Translations under genes and position numbers: made by a program
In this document: positions 50,863 through 61,949 of the stretch, piece after piece
How the letters are laid out: every line of letters begins with the position of its first letter
Numbering within the stretch: position 1 is the stretch's first letter
Notes under the pieces: model-generated
What the model was told of the DNA's origin: nothing
The model's input: only the letters and a program-made list of their open reading frames with translations
Database searches by the model: none
Source of the DNA: Squalus acanthias
Taxonomy: Eukaryota
NCBI GenBank assembly: GCA_030390025.1
Contig: CM059431.1
Span: 101,000,001 to 101,064,000, forward strand
Direction of reading: 5' to 3'
Length of the DNA: 64,000 bases

Positions 50863-51071
50863 TGATGTGGAGATGCCGGTGTTGGACTGGGGTGGACAAA
50901 TGTGAGAAGTCGCACACCAGGTTATAGTCCAACAGTTTTATTTGAAATGACAAGCTTTCGGAGCGCTGCTCCTTCGTCAGGTGAAGTCCTGACGAAGGAG
51001 CAGCGCTCCGAAAGCTCGTGATTTCAAATAAAGCTGTTGGACTATAACCTGGTGTTGTGCGACTTCTCACA
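50863..51071. mobile_element. Fold-back Penelope pLTR element with two opposed hammerhead cores
   Basis: Near-perfect palindrome 50898-51074 with loop 50982-87; CTGACGA-A-GGAGC(AGC)GCTCC-GAAA on each strand; 12-bp TSD TTTATTTAATTC. Confidence 0.85.
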
Positions 51072-51237
51072 TTTATTTAATTCATCTAAGCCTATTAAGA
51101 AAGGAACCAATTTGGGCCGAATGGTCAGTTTCTGTGCTGTAAATTCTCTGTAATTCAAGAGAGTTTTAGATTGTAAAGAATTGCACCAAATTGCTAGTCT
51201 ATATAATACAACAGCTACATTATATTTTATTTAAAAT

Positions 51238-52680
51238 AAAAACAGAAAATGCTGGAAATACTCAGCGGGTCAGGCAGCGTCTGTGGAGAGGGAAACAGAG
51301 TTAATGTTTCAGGTCGATGACCTTTCGTCAGAATTGGAAGACGTTAGAGATGTAACAGGTTTTAAGCAAGTGCAGGGGCAGGGAAAGGGAGGAAAGAACA
51401 AAAGGGAAGCTCTGTGATAGGGGGGAAGGCAGGAGTAATTACAAGACAAAAGGGATAATGGTGCGAGGCAAAAGGAGATGGTAATGGGACAAGTAAAGAA
51501 ACAAAAGGTGAGTCTAGATGAGGTGTAAATGGGAATGGCAGAATCATCAACAGCTGCCGTCTGAATAAAATGGGGGCAGAGGTTATGAGCTGAAATTATT
51601 GAACTCAATGTTGAGTCCGAAAGGGTTTAAAGTGCCTAATCGATAGATGAGGTGCTGTTCCTCGACTTTACGCTGAGCTTCATTGGAACAGTGTAAGGGG
51701 CCGAGGTCAGAGTGGGAGTGGAGCGGAGAATTAAAGTGACAGGCGACCGGAAGCTCGGGGTCATGCTTGCGGACTGAACAGAGGTGTTCCGCAAAGTGGT
51801 CACCCAATCTGTGTTTGGTCTCCCCAATGTAGAGGAGACCGCATTATGAGCAGCAAATACAGAATACTAAATTGCAAGAAGTACAAGTAAATCGCTGTTT
51901 CACCTGGAAGGAGTGTTTGGGGCCCTGGAGGGCGAGAAGGGAGGAGGTAAAAGGACAGGTGTTGCATCTCCTACGCTTGCACGGAAAGGTGCCGTGGGAA
52001 GGGGAGGGGGTGATTGAGGAGTGGACCAGGGTGTCGCGGAGGGAACGGTCCCTTTGGAATGCTGAAAGCGGAGGGATGGGGAAGATGTATTTGGTGGTGG
52101 GATCACACGGAAGGAGGACGGTGGGAGGAGAAGGGGTGAGGGCAGAATTGTGGGAAATTGAACAGACACGGTCGCGGGCTCTGTCAACCACGGTGGAGGA
52201 GAATCCTCGGTTGAGGAAAAAGGAAGACATAGTGGAGGGACTGGTATGGAAGGTGACATCGTCGGAACAGATGCGACGGGGATGGAGAAATTGGGAGAAC
52301 GGAATAGAGTCCTTACAGGAAACGGGGTGGGAGGAAGTGTAGCCCAGGTAGCTGTGGGAGTCAGTGGGCTTATAGTGGATATTGGTCCGTAGCCTATCCC
52401 CAGAACTGGAGACAGAGAAGTCGAGGAAGGGAAGGGAAGAGTCAGAGATGGACCATGTGAAGGCGAGGGAAGGGTGGAAATTGGAAGCAAATTGAATGAA
52501 ATTTTCTAGTTCAGGGTGAGAGCAGGAAACGGCACCGACAGTCATCAATGTACTGGAAAAAGAGATGAGGGAGGCGACCTGATAGGACTGGAACAAAGAA
52601 TGTTCCGCATATCCCACGAAAAGGCAGGCATAACTAGGACCCATGCGGGTTCCCGGAGCAAAGCCTTTTATTTGTTAATC
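51238..52680 (-). mobile_element. Penelope-like retroelement, 5'-truncated
   Basis: RT peptides MGPSYACLFVG, LPFLD, HYKPTD and a GIY-YIG relic; TSD TTTATTTAAAAT (51226-37, 52681-92). Confidence 0.92.
51299..51335 (-). ncRNA. Minimal hammerhead ribozyme motif in a PLE pLTR, with mismatches
   Basis: AATT-CTGACGA-A-AGGTC(ATC)GACCT-GAAA-CATT-AACT. Confidence 0.65.
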
Positions 52681-53229
52681 TTTATTTAAAATGGAAACAT
52701 TAACTAATATACAATAACTAATCTTGGCAAACAATTAGAAAGTTAGAAACAGAAAAATAAAAACTCCAAACAAGGGTCCCCGGTGCCTTACTGAACTTAA
52801 TGCTCAGTCCATTTGACTCGGTTAGTCAATGAAGTGAGCCACATGGACCAAGCAGGCCCAGGTTTGATCCGAGGTCTGTTCCTAGTTAGTTGATCTCAGC
52901 AGTGAAGCTGGAATTGCCCTAAATTCCCAGGCTAGGGATGCAAAAACAAAAAGAAATCATCACTGACTCCTGGTGGAAAGTGCACATCGGGCAAAAAAAA
53001 TGGGGACCAGCTTGGCTGTGATGCCCTCCACAGTCAAATAGCCTGTTCTGTCGGCACTCATCGTTAGGGCACAAAAGGGCAACATTTGGTGAGAGGCCAT
53101 TGGCAGGCTGCTGGTACCCATGCAGATGAACTCCAGCACAAGTCAACACCTTCAGAACAGGAGTACAGCAGAGGGGAAAATGCAAGCGTATGTTTATTAC
53201 AATTTTGCGCTGTGTTCTTTATCTTCAAT

Positions 53230-54500
53230 AGAGAGTTGTGGGGTGTGGGGGTGGTTGTAGGGCTGGAGGAGGTTATAGAGAAAGGGAGGAGCAAGGTTAT
53301 GAAAGGATTTAAACAAGAGGATGAGAATTTTAAATTGGAAGTATTGGAGGACCGAGAGACAGTGCAGGTCAGCGAGGACAGGAGTTGGTGCAGGATAAGC
53401 AGTAGAGCTTTGGATGAGGCTTTCAGCAGCTGATGAGGTGAGGGAGGGGCAGAGGCAGAGGCAGACAACATTAGGGATGGAAGCAGGTAGTCTTTGTGAT
53501 GGAGAGGATATGGGGGTCGGAAGCTCAGCTTGAGGTCAAAAAGCATGCCAAGATTATTAGCAAGCTGGTTAACCTGAGAGAGTGAGCAGGAAAGAGAATG
53601 GAATCAGTGGCTAGGGTGCGCTGGCTACGTTTGTAGCGGAGGCTGAAGACGATGGTTTCGGTTTTCCAAATGTTTAACTGGAAGAGATTGTGGCTCATCC
53701 AAGACAGGATGTCAGACAAGCAGAGACAGTGGTGAGGTGGAGAGATAGAAAAAGACTTGCATTTATATAGTGCCTTTCACGACCACCGGATGTCCCAAAA
53801 CGCTTCACAGCCAATGAAGTACTTTTGAAGTGTAGTCACTGTTGTAATGTAGGAAACGCGGCAGCCAATTTGCACACAGCAAGCTCCCACAAACAGCAAT
53901 GTAATAATGACCAGATAATCTGTTTGTGATGTTGATTGAGGGATAAATATTTGGCCACGACACTAGCGATAACTCGCCTGCTCTTCTTCGAAATAGAGCC
54001 AAGGGATCTTTTACCCACGGCTGAGAGAGCAGACAGGGCCTCGGTTTAATGTCTCATCCGAAAGACGGCACCTCCAACAGCGCAGCACTCCCTCAGTACT
54101 GCACTGGATTATCAGCCTAGATTTCTGTGCTCAAGTCTCTGGAGTGGGACTCGAACCTACAACCTTCTGACTCAGAGGCGAGAGTGCTACCCACTGAGCC
54201 ACGGCTGACACACAATAGAGCTGGATGTCATCGGTGTACATGTGGAAGCTGACCCCATGTCAATGGATGATGTCTCCAAGGGGCAGCATGTAGATGACGA
54301 ATAGAGGGCCAAGGACACATCCTTGGTAGAATGGTGCAGGGGCGAATAGTACCTGAGGAAAGGGAATGTTACCTAACATAGAGGTAGTGGGGTGGACAAG
54401 CGTGGGTCTCATGCACAAGATCAGCTCAGAGAGGGCATGAGGGAAGTTAGGCGAGAAACCAGAGAAGGAAGTGTGATCCGGGGGGGGGAAAGAGAGGTTT
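53230..54500 (-). mobile_element. Old L2 fragment interrupted by a full-length DeuSINE (-, ~53745-54207)
   Basis: L2 homology on both sides; SINE head, core and tail intact. Confidence 0.8.
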
Positions 54501-54537
54501 GACTTGGTTAGCAAGAGGAAGAAGCAGCAGAAAAAGC

Positions 54538-54795
54538 TGAACATAGGAACAGGAGGAGGCCATTCAGCCCCTCCAGCCTGATCCTCCATTCAATGAGATC
54601 ATGGCTGATTTGTATCTTAACTGCATCCACCCAACTTGGATACATATCCCATAACACCCTCGGCTAGCAAAAATCTATCAATCTCAGATTTAAAATTATT
54701 AATTGAGCTAGCATCTACTGCTTTTTGTGGGAGAGAGTTCCGCACTTCTACCACCCTTTGTGTGAAGAAGTCTTTCCCAACTCCTCTCCTGAATG
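54538..54795 (-). mobile_element. CR1 3' tail fragment
   Basis: Matches the tail at 5960-6055 in reverse. Confidence 0.8.
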
Positions 54796-54889
54796 GTCTA
54801 TCTTAGTGACAAATAAGTCCATTGGCTCCTCGCACACAAGGAGTCAGTGGAAAAAGGGGTTATCATTACTCCCCAGGATTAAAAACAGT

Positions 54890-55225
54890 GGGGTTGAGGG
54901 GACAGGGTTATGGGGGATGGGGGTATGAGAGAGAGGGATGGGGGTTGAGGGGGGAAGGGGGAATGAGAGAGGGGGAGGGGGTTGAGAGGGGGAAGGGGGT
55001 TGATAGGGGAAGTGATGGAAGGGGGGTGGGAGTTGAGGGGGGAATGAGAGAGGGGGAGGGGGATTGAGAGGGGGAAGGGGTATGAGAGGGGGAAGGGGGT
55101 ATGAGAGGGGGAAGGGGGTATGACAGGGGAAGTGATGGAAGGGGAGTGGGAGAGGGGGGTGGGAGTTGAGGGGGATGGGGGTTGAGGGGGGAAGTGATGG
55201 AAGGGGGAGGTGAGGAGGATGAGGA
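54890..55225. repeat. G-rich purine tract (G-quadruplex-prone) in candidate intron 1
   Basis: Many G4-G6 runs; gagagggggaagggggtat repeated. Confidence 0.85.
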
Positions 55226-55239
55226 GAATTTGCCGGTCG

Positions 55240-55700
55240 GAGCGGCGTTGCCCTTATCCCGGGTAGTGAGCCGCCGCGATGGCCGTGCGTGTCACCGGGC
55301 CCCCGCGGAGCGCCAACTTACAGCAGCAGCCGAGGCTCGAGCCGCCCGCCGCACAGCGCCGCCATCGCACCGCGGAGAGACGCGCCCGCTGATTGGCTGG
55401 TGTGCGTGCACTGATTGCCTGATACGCCAGCTGATTGGCGCGGACGAGCGCCGCTGCTGATTGGCTAATATGCTCGCCGTTTAGCTGACGCACCAGCTGA
55501 TTGGCGCGGAGAGACCCGTCTGCTGATTGGTGCGGAGAGACCAATCTGCTGATTGGTTACTATGCCCGCCGTTTGGCTAACGCACCAGCTGATTGGGGTA
55601 GACAGGCGCGCCAGTTGATTGGTTGGCGAGCCAGTTGATTGACAGGGGCGCGATGTCCTGGAGATGCTCTCGCTGTCACTCAACCAAATTCCCGCACTCC
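55240..55700 (-). promoter_or_regulatory. CpG-island promoter with clustered CCAAT (NF-Y) boxes
   Basis: The only clearly non-TE CpG-dense region in the window; eight TGATTGG motifs at ~55390-55622 plus degenerate copies. Confidence 0.85.
55322..55365 (-). CDS. Candidate first coding exon (MAALCGGRLEPRLL)
   Basis: Good Kozak context gcgATGG, consensus donor |GTAAGT at 55321, inside a CpG island just downstream of the CCAAT boxes. Confidence 0.6.
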
Positions 55701-55944
55701 CTGCCGGAGATACACTGGAGTTTGTGGCATTGAGATATTTCTATTTTTTTGCAAATGTACCACTGTCAAAATGTGCAGCATGAATTAATGCATCTCATTG
55801 CAAGACCCTTTGACACGCTTGCATGGCTGTGTGTGTGTGTGCAAGCTCCTGCACAGTTTGTTCCAAAACAATGCAATGCAAAAAAAACCACAATGAATTG
55901 ATTTATAGTATATCCATGGCACATTGCATAAATGCACAATATAA

Positions 55945-56405
55945 ATGACCTTAGCTAAGGAATGGAGAGGGTGCAAAAAAGATTTACAAGGATGATACTA
56001 GAACTGCAAGGTTATACCTCTCAGGAAAAACTGAACAGGCTGAGGCTCTGAGAAGACTGAGAGTTGACCCGATAAAGGCCTTTAAAATTATGAAGGGGTC
56101 TGATAGGGTAGATGTAAAGATGATGTTTCCAAAACTCAGGGCCATAAATATGATAGTCACTACTGAATCCAATAGGGAATTCAGGAGAAACCTCTTTACC
56201 CAGAGAGTGGTGAGAATGTGGAACTCGCTACCACAGGGATTGGGTGGAGTGAATAGCAGAGATGTATTTAATGGGAAGCTAGAAAAGCACATGAGGGAGA
56301 AAGGAGTAGAAGGAGATGCTGACAGGGTGAGATGAAATAGGGGTGGTAGGAGTTATAGACTGGTTGGGGCGAATGGCCTGTTTCTGTGCTGTAAATTCCT
56401 ATGTA
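55945..56405 (+). mobile_element. CR1 3' fragment
   Basis: FTQRVVRMWNSLP peptide. Confidence 0.85.
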
Positions 56406-56459
56406 CATCTTGAATACTACTTTAAGTTAAACTGTTGAGAGTGGGACAAGGGGAGAAGA

Positions 56460-57748
56460 CGACATCATCCAAAAACACAGAGTCAGTTTCCACATGTACA
56501 CTGATGACACCCAGCTCACCACCACCTCTCTCGACCCCTCCACGGTCTCTAAATTGTCAGACTGCTTGTCCGGCATCCAGTACTGGATGAGCAGAAATTT
56601 CCTCCAACCAAATATTGGGAGGACCGAAGCCATTTTCTTTGGTCCCCACCACAAACTCCTTTCCCTAGCCACCAACTCCATCAATCTGCCTGGCAACTCT
56701 CAGAGGCAGAACCACACTGTTCGCAACCCTGGTGTCATATTTGACCCCGAGACGAGCTAGATATCCGCACCATCACTAAGACCGCCTATCTCCACCTCCG
56801 TAACATCGTCCGACTCTGCCCCTGCCTCAGCTCATCTGCTGCTGAAACCCTCATCCATGCCTTTGTTACCTCTAGACTTGATTGTTCCAATGCACTCCTG
56901 GCCGGCCTCCCACTTTCTACCCTCTGTAAACTTGAGGTCATCCAAAGGTCAGCTGCCCATGTCCTAACTTGCACCAAGTCCCGTTCACCCATCACCCCTG
57001 GTTAAGCAACGCCTCGCATTTAAAATTCTCATCCTTATTTTCAAATCCCTCCATGGCCTCGCCCCTCCCTATCTCTGTAATCTCCTCCAGCCCTACAATC
57101 CTCCGAGATCTCTGCGCTCTTCCAATTCTGGCCTCTTGAGCATCCCCGATTTTCATTGCTCCACCATTGGTGGCCGTGCCTACAGCTGCCTAGGATCTAA
57201 GCTCTGGAATTCCCTCCCTAAACCTTTCCGTCTCTCTTTCCTCCTTTAAGACGCTCCTTAAAACCTACCTCCTCATCTGTCCTACTATCTCCTAGGTCTG
57301 GACAAACTAGATGCAGGAAGAATGTTCCCGATGGTCGGAGAGTCCAGAACCAGGGGTCATAATCTAAGGATAAGGGGTAAGCCATTTAGGACAGAAATGA
57401 GGAAGAATTTCTTCACCCAGAGAGTGGTGAACCTGTGGAATTCTCTACCACAGAAGTTAGTTGAGGCCAAGTCATTAAATATATTCAAGAATGAGTTAGA
57501 TATATTTCATAAAGCTAAAGGTATCAAGGGATATGGGGAGAAGGCAGGTACAGGGTACTGAGTTTGGATGATCAGCCATGATCTCATCGAATGGTGGAGC
57601 AGGCTCGAGGGGCCGAATGGCCTACTCCTGCTCCTATCTTCTATGTTTATGTGGCTTGGTGTCAAATTTTGTTTGATAACCCTCCTGTGAAGCACCCTGG
57701 GGCGTTTTACTACGTTAAAGGCGCTATATAAATGCAAGTTGTTGTGGT
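56460..57748 (+). mobile_element. L2 fragment interrupted by a CR1 3' fragment (~57293-57647)
   Basis: L2 resumes ttatgtggcttggtgtcaaa after the CR1 tail. Confidence 0.85.
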
Positions 57749-58633
57749 TCAATCTGTGTAAAAAGTAAATTTAGGTCTGATATTAGGAAGCTCTTCACGC
57801 AATGTGATCAACATTTGGAATTGAGTAGGGGAGGCAAACACCCTGGAATCGCTTGGATGCAGCAAGTGGGGTGGCGGGGAGGGTCTTTCTGGTTAGATGG
57901 ATGAATTACGATAGGGCCAACTGTCCTCCCTCATCCCTGAGGATCTATTGCAGTCCGCTCATTCTTGGCATGCTACCCCCACTCCCACCCATAACTTACA
58001 GCAGCTCTTAGATGGCCTTTCTGCACCTAGCCCCGGTACCCACTTTCATCCCAATGGTTGTACTTGCATGCCCGGCGCTATAGAAAAGGTGAAAGAGCAT
58101 ATCAATTGGGATATATAGAAGAGCAAACAGAGAAAAGAGACAAAAAGAGGGAGTGAAAGAGAAGAGAGATCAATGGAGAGATGCAGAGACAACAAAGTGT
58201 AAGAGAGGTGTGGAGAGGGAAAAGAAGTAGACAAAAAAGGCTGTTGGCGTACACAAGCAGCGCACACAAGCAGCGCATCTGCATATTACTTGTATCCCTT
58301 CATTCAACTCAGTATGGATGCAGCAAGCTTAGTAACTTCAAGACTGTCACCTGCTCACGTACAGTTTCTATCTTCCATCCTAACTCACCGCCCTTAACTC
58401 TTCTAGAGCTTTCTCAACAGCAAGAGTCTCCTGCTGAAGAACAGACCTCGCTGCCAGAAGCAAAGCCTCCTCTTTCGCTGCTCCTCGGATAGGTCCAGGG
58501 AGGCACCTCTTAGACCCTGTGTGTTCAGTACCGCCTCCTGCGCACAGCCCCGCTCACCACCTTCTTCTGAGAGGCCTATGCACAGGTGGTGGTGGTTACT
58601 AAGGCTACGGCTGCCCCTCCTACTTCAAATCTC

Positions 58634-58960
58634 AGCCGTGGCTCAGTGGATAGCACTCTCACCTGAGTCAGAAGGTTGTGGGTTTAAGCCCACTCCAGAG
58701 ACTTGAGCAGAAAATCTAGACTGACACTCCTGTGTAGTACTGTGGGAGTGCTGCACTGTTGGAAGTGCAGTCTTTTGGACGAGTTGTTAAACCAAGGCCC
58801 CAGCGTCTGCCCTCTCAGGCGGACGTAAAAGATCTCACGGTCATTATTTTGAACAGTTATATTTATCCCTCAACCAACATCGCTAAAAAACAGATTATCT
58901 GGTCATTACCTCATTGCTGTTTGTGGGACCTTATAGTCGCTATGTAAATGCAAGCCTTTC
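58634..58960 (+). mobile_element. DeuSINE, internally deleted
   Basis: Head and core sequence. Confidence 0.8.
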
Positions 58961-59649
58961 TATCCAGAAGAAAGGAAGAAAGTAAAAATGTCCCATACGG
59001 AATGACCAGTAGATGGAGTCTGTGCGTTCATTTTTGAAATTGCCAAAATTTTAATTTGGATGAGCTCAACTTGACGAAGGATGCAAGTTGGGAAGCCGGC
59101 CAGGAAAGCGTTGGAATAGTCAAGTCTGGAGGTAACAAAGGCATGGGTGAGAGTTTCAGCAGCAGATGAGCTGAGGCAGATACTTTTTGACCAGATAGAT
59201 ACCATCCATTACATAAAAGACCAGACATCAATGGTGTATGGAAAATACATCACCAGTGACGAGGAGCTTAATATCATGAGTTAGTCATTCTGATGTCCCT
59301 AGTCTTTGTTAATTTCAGCAAAAAAGTAGATACAAGTAAAACGTGTATTAAAGTTAATAATCTCAAACTGAGTTACCCATAATTCCTTTTAGATATCACT
59401 AGTAGATAAAACTGGTTTGGGGACAGCTGCCTCATAGAGGCTGATATTACTACTTTTTTGCATTAATTTTTAGCTACAATTAGCAAAGATAGGAAATTTC
59501 AGCCTCGTGTATTTTGCACAGTCATTATTCAACATGTATCCTTTATCGTATTGTTAGAAAAGAGGAAGCTTTCAAATATTCCTGTCAATTTACAAAAATG
59601 TACATATGGGGAAGTTTTACTGGTATGGTATCTATTTGGTCAAAAGGTA

Positions 59650-60267
59650 TCTGCCTCCGCTCATCCGCTGCTGAAACCCTCATCCGTGCCTTTGTTACCT
59701 CTAGACTCAACTACTCCAATGCTCTCCTGGCTGGCCTCCGCCCCCCACCCCCCTTGCACCCACCGTGAACTTGAGCTCATCCAAAACTTTGCATCCTCTA
59801 TCCTAACTCACACCAAGTCCCGTTCACCCATCACCCCCTGTGCTCACTGACCTACATTGCCTCCCGGTCTGGCAACGCCTTGAATTTAAAATTCTCATCC
59901 TTGTTTTCAAATCCCTCCATGGCCTCGCCCCTCCCTATCGCTGTAATCTCCTCCAGCCCCACAACCACCCCCCCCCCCCGAGATCTCTGTGCTCCTCCAA
60001 TTCTGGCCTCTTGCGCATCCCCGATTTTCATCGCCCGACCATTGGCGGCCGTGCCTTCAGCTGCCTCGGTCCCAAGCTCTGGAATTCCCTCCCTAAACCT
60101 CTCCACCTCTCTTTCCTCCTTTAAGATGCTCCTTAAAAACCTCCTCCTTCACCTGTCCAAATATCTCATGTGGCTTGGTGCCAATTTTTATTTGATAACG
60201 CACCTGTGGAGCACCTTGGAATGTTTTACTACGTTAAAAGCGCTACATAAATGCTAGTTGTTGTTGT
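59650..60267 (+). mobile_element. L2 3' fragment (inverted partial copy at ~59055-59180)
   Basis: AFVTSRLNYSN and LHCLPVWQR peptides; L2 tail. Confidence 0.85.
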
Positions 60268-61289
60268 AAAGGGTAGTCTTTAGTCCAACATCAATTGTGT
60301 GCAAACTTGTAGAATCCAAAATTAGTTTGTAATAATGAAATAAAGGGGCTGAATGGTCTTGGGTGTCCAAATTTTAACTGGCACCAGACACCTGAACTTT
60401 GACTGACCATAGGAAAACGTGCAAGTGGATGAAATCTTTGTTGGAGATACACAGGGATTCTTTTGAACGGTTTCCATCCCATACTCAGTAGAACATACAT
60501 TGCAGCGTAGGTGTGTGAAGCCTGGGGTGTTAACAGGGGGTTAAAAATTACACTTGTATCCAGATACGAAGGTAGACAGCTGCCCTTTGAAGGAGATTTG
60601 TCATCCTGCAGCAAGCTTAAGTGTGATTGTGGTAAGAATTTAGATCATCCGGAGCAGTTGCCATGGAAACATTTCATGGTACCCACCGAGTCCCAAACTG
60701 TGACTGTAATGGAAGCTGTATCGAAAAACACCAAGGAACAATGCACATCTCGTGAAAACACACCAATGCCTAATCTGCAGAGCAAAATGTACTTACTTGG
60801 ACCCTAGTAGCATGTCTTCAAGAGGCTGATAAAAAGTATTCAATTAATTTACCAGTTTTTTTACGAGAAAGAAAAATATGCGCAATTCCTTTTGGTTTTT
60901 GCCCCCTGGATCATGAGATTAATAACTATCCCAACTGCAATGAATAATTGCATATTAAAATTTACATAGTATTTCCAATATAGGTGCAGTTTATTCAGAT
61001 AAAAGGAAATACTACACATGAACCAGAGATTTTATGGGTACAAAAATCACACTATGGGTAGCCTACATCGATTTCAAGGTAGTATTGGACTCAGTAGACA
61101 GGAACACAATTTGGTTATTTCCAAAGCGAGTGGGTGCTCCAGATAAATTAGTCCGACTCCCAGACGAAGGTATGACCAGTTTCGTGTGTGTGTATATATA
61201 TATATAGGCAACGATACCACCAGCATAACCTTTCAAAACTGGGTCTGGAGTTCGATGAGGATGGCTCATGGGGCCATATCTGTTTCTGC

Positions 61290-61490
61290 TGCCCGTGGAC
61301 TGGATCTTGGAGTTGGGCCAAAGCATGAACGGCGCTAAACTGGGTTTGGAAGCATTCAGCAACTTTGACTATGCGGACGACATTGCACTTCTTGCGGTCA
61401 CAGTAGAGGTAGTAAATCTAGCACTGAGCATCCTCAAAAGGTGAGGCTGAACCATTGGGCAACTGGTAGAAAACTAAAAAATAGCAGTTT
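61290..61490 (+). mobile_element. Ancient RTE-like RT relic
   Basis: aactttgactatgcggacgacattgcacttcttgcg translates to NFDYADDIALLA. Confidence 0.55.
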
Positions 61491-61949
61491 GGGACTTTCA
61501 AATCCTCCGCTAGTATAGCACTGCCCCACTAATATACTGAAGTGTCACTGGAGTGGATCTTGAAATCACCTTTTGGCTTTGCGGCAAGAGTGGTATCATT
61601 GAGCCAATGATGCCCCATTTGGCTCAGAGACTTAAGCTATTAATGAACAGTTTTGTGATATTCTTTACAGTTTAATTTCTGTTTGATTAAATAATTTCTT
61701 AACTGTCCAACTTCCATACTTTTCACACAGTTTTTTGAAGACCTGCAGCCAAAACTCTCTATATTTTCCTTTAACCTTCTACACGTCGGGAAACCTTTGA
61801 TTTGGGCAAAGCGTAACTTAAATACCTTAATCACCGATGGAAATCCTGCAGAGGACATAGCCATGCACGACCAATCAAGATGATCAATTCGATCATGTGG
61901 ATTGGGTTGCTTAAGGTGGTTCTTAAATCATTAACCTTCGCCATCCAGA

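Noticed and set aside
60291..60807. ORFs of 98-107 aa in unique sequence
   Set aside because: No recognisable domain and no consistent splice or phase support.
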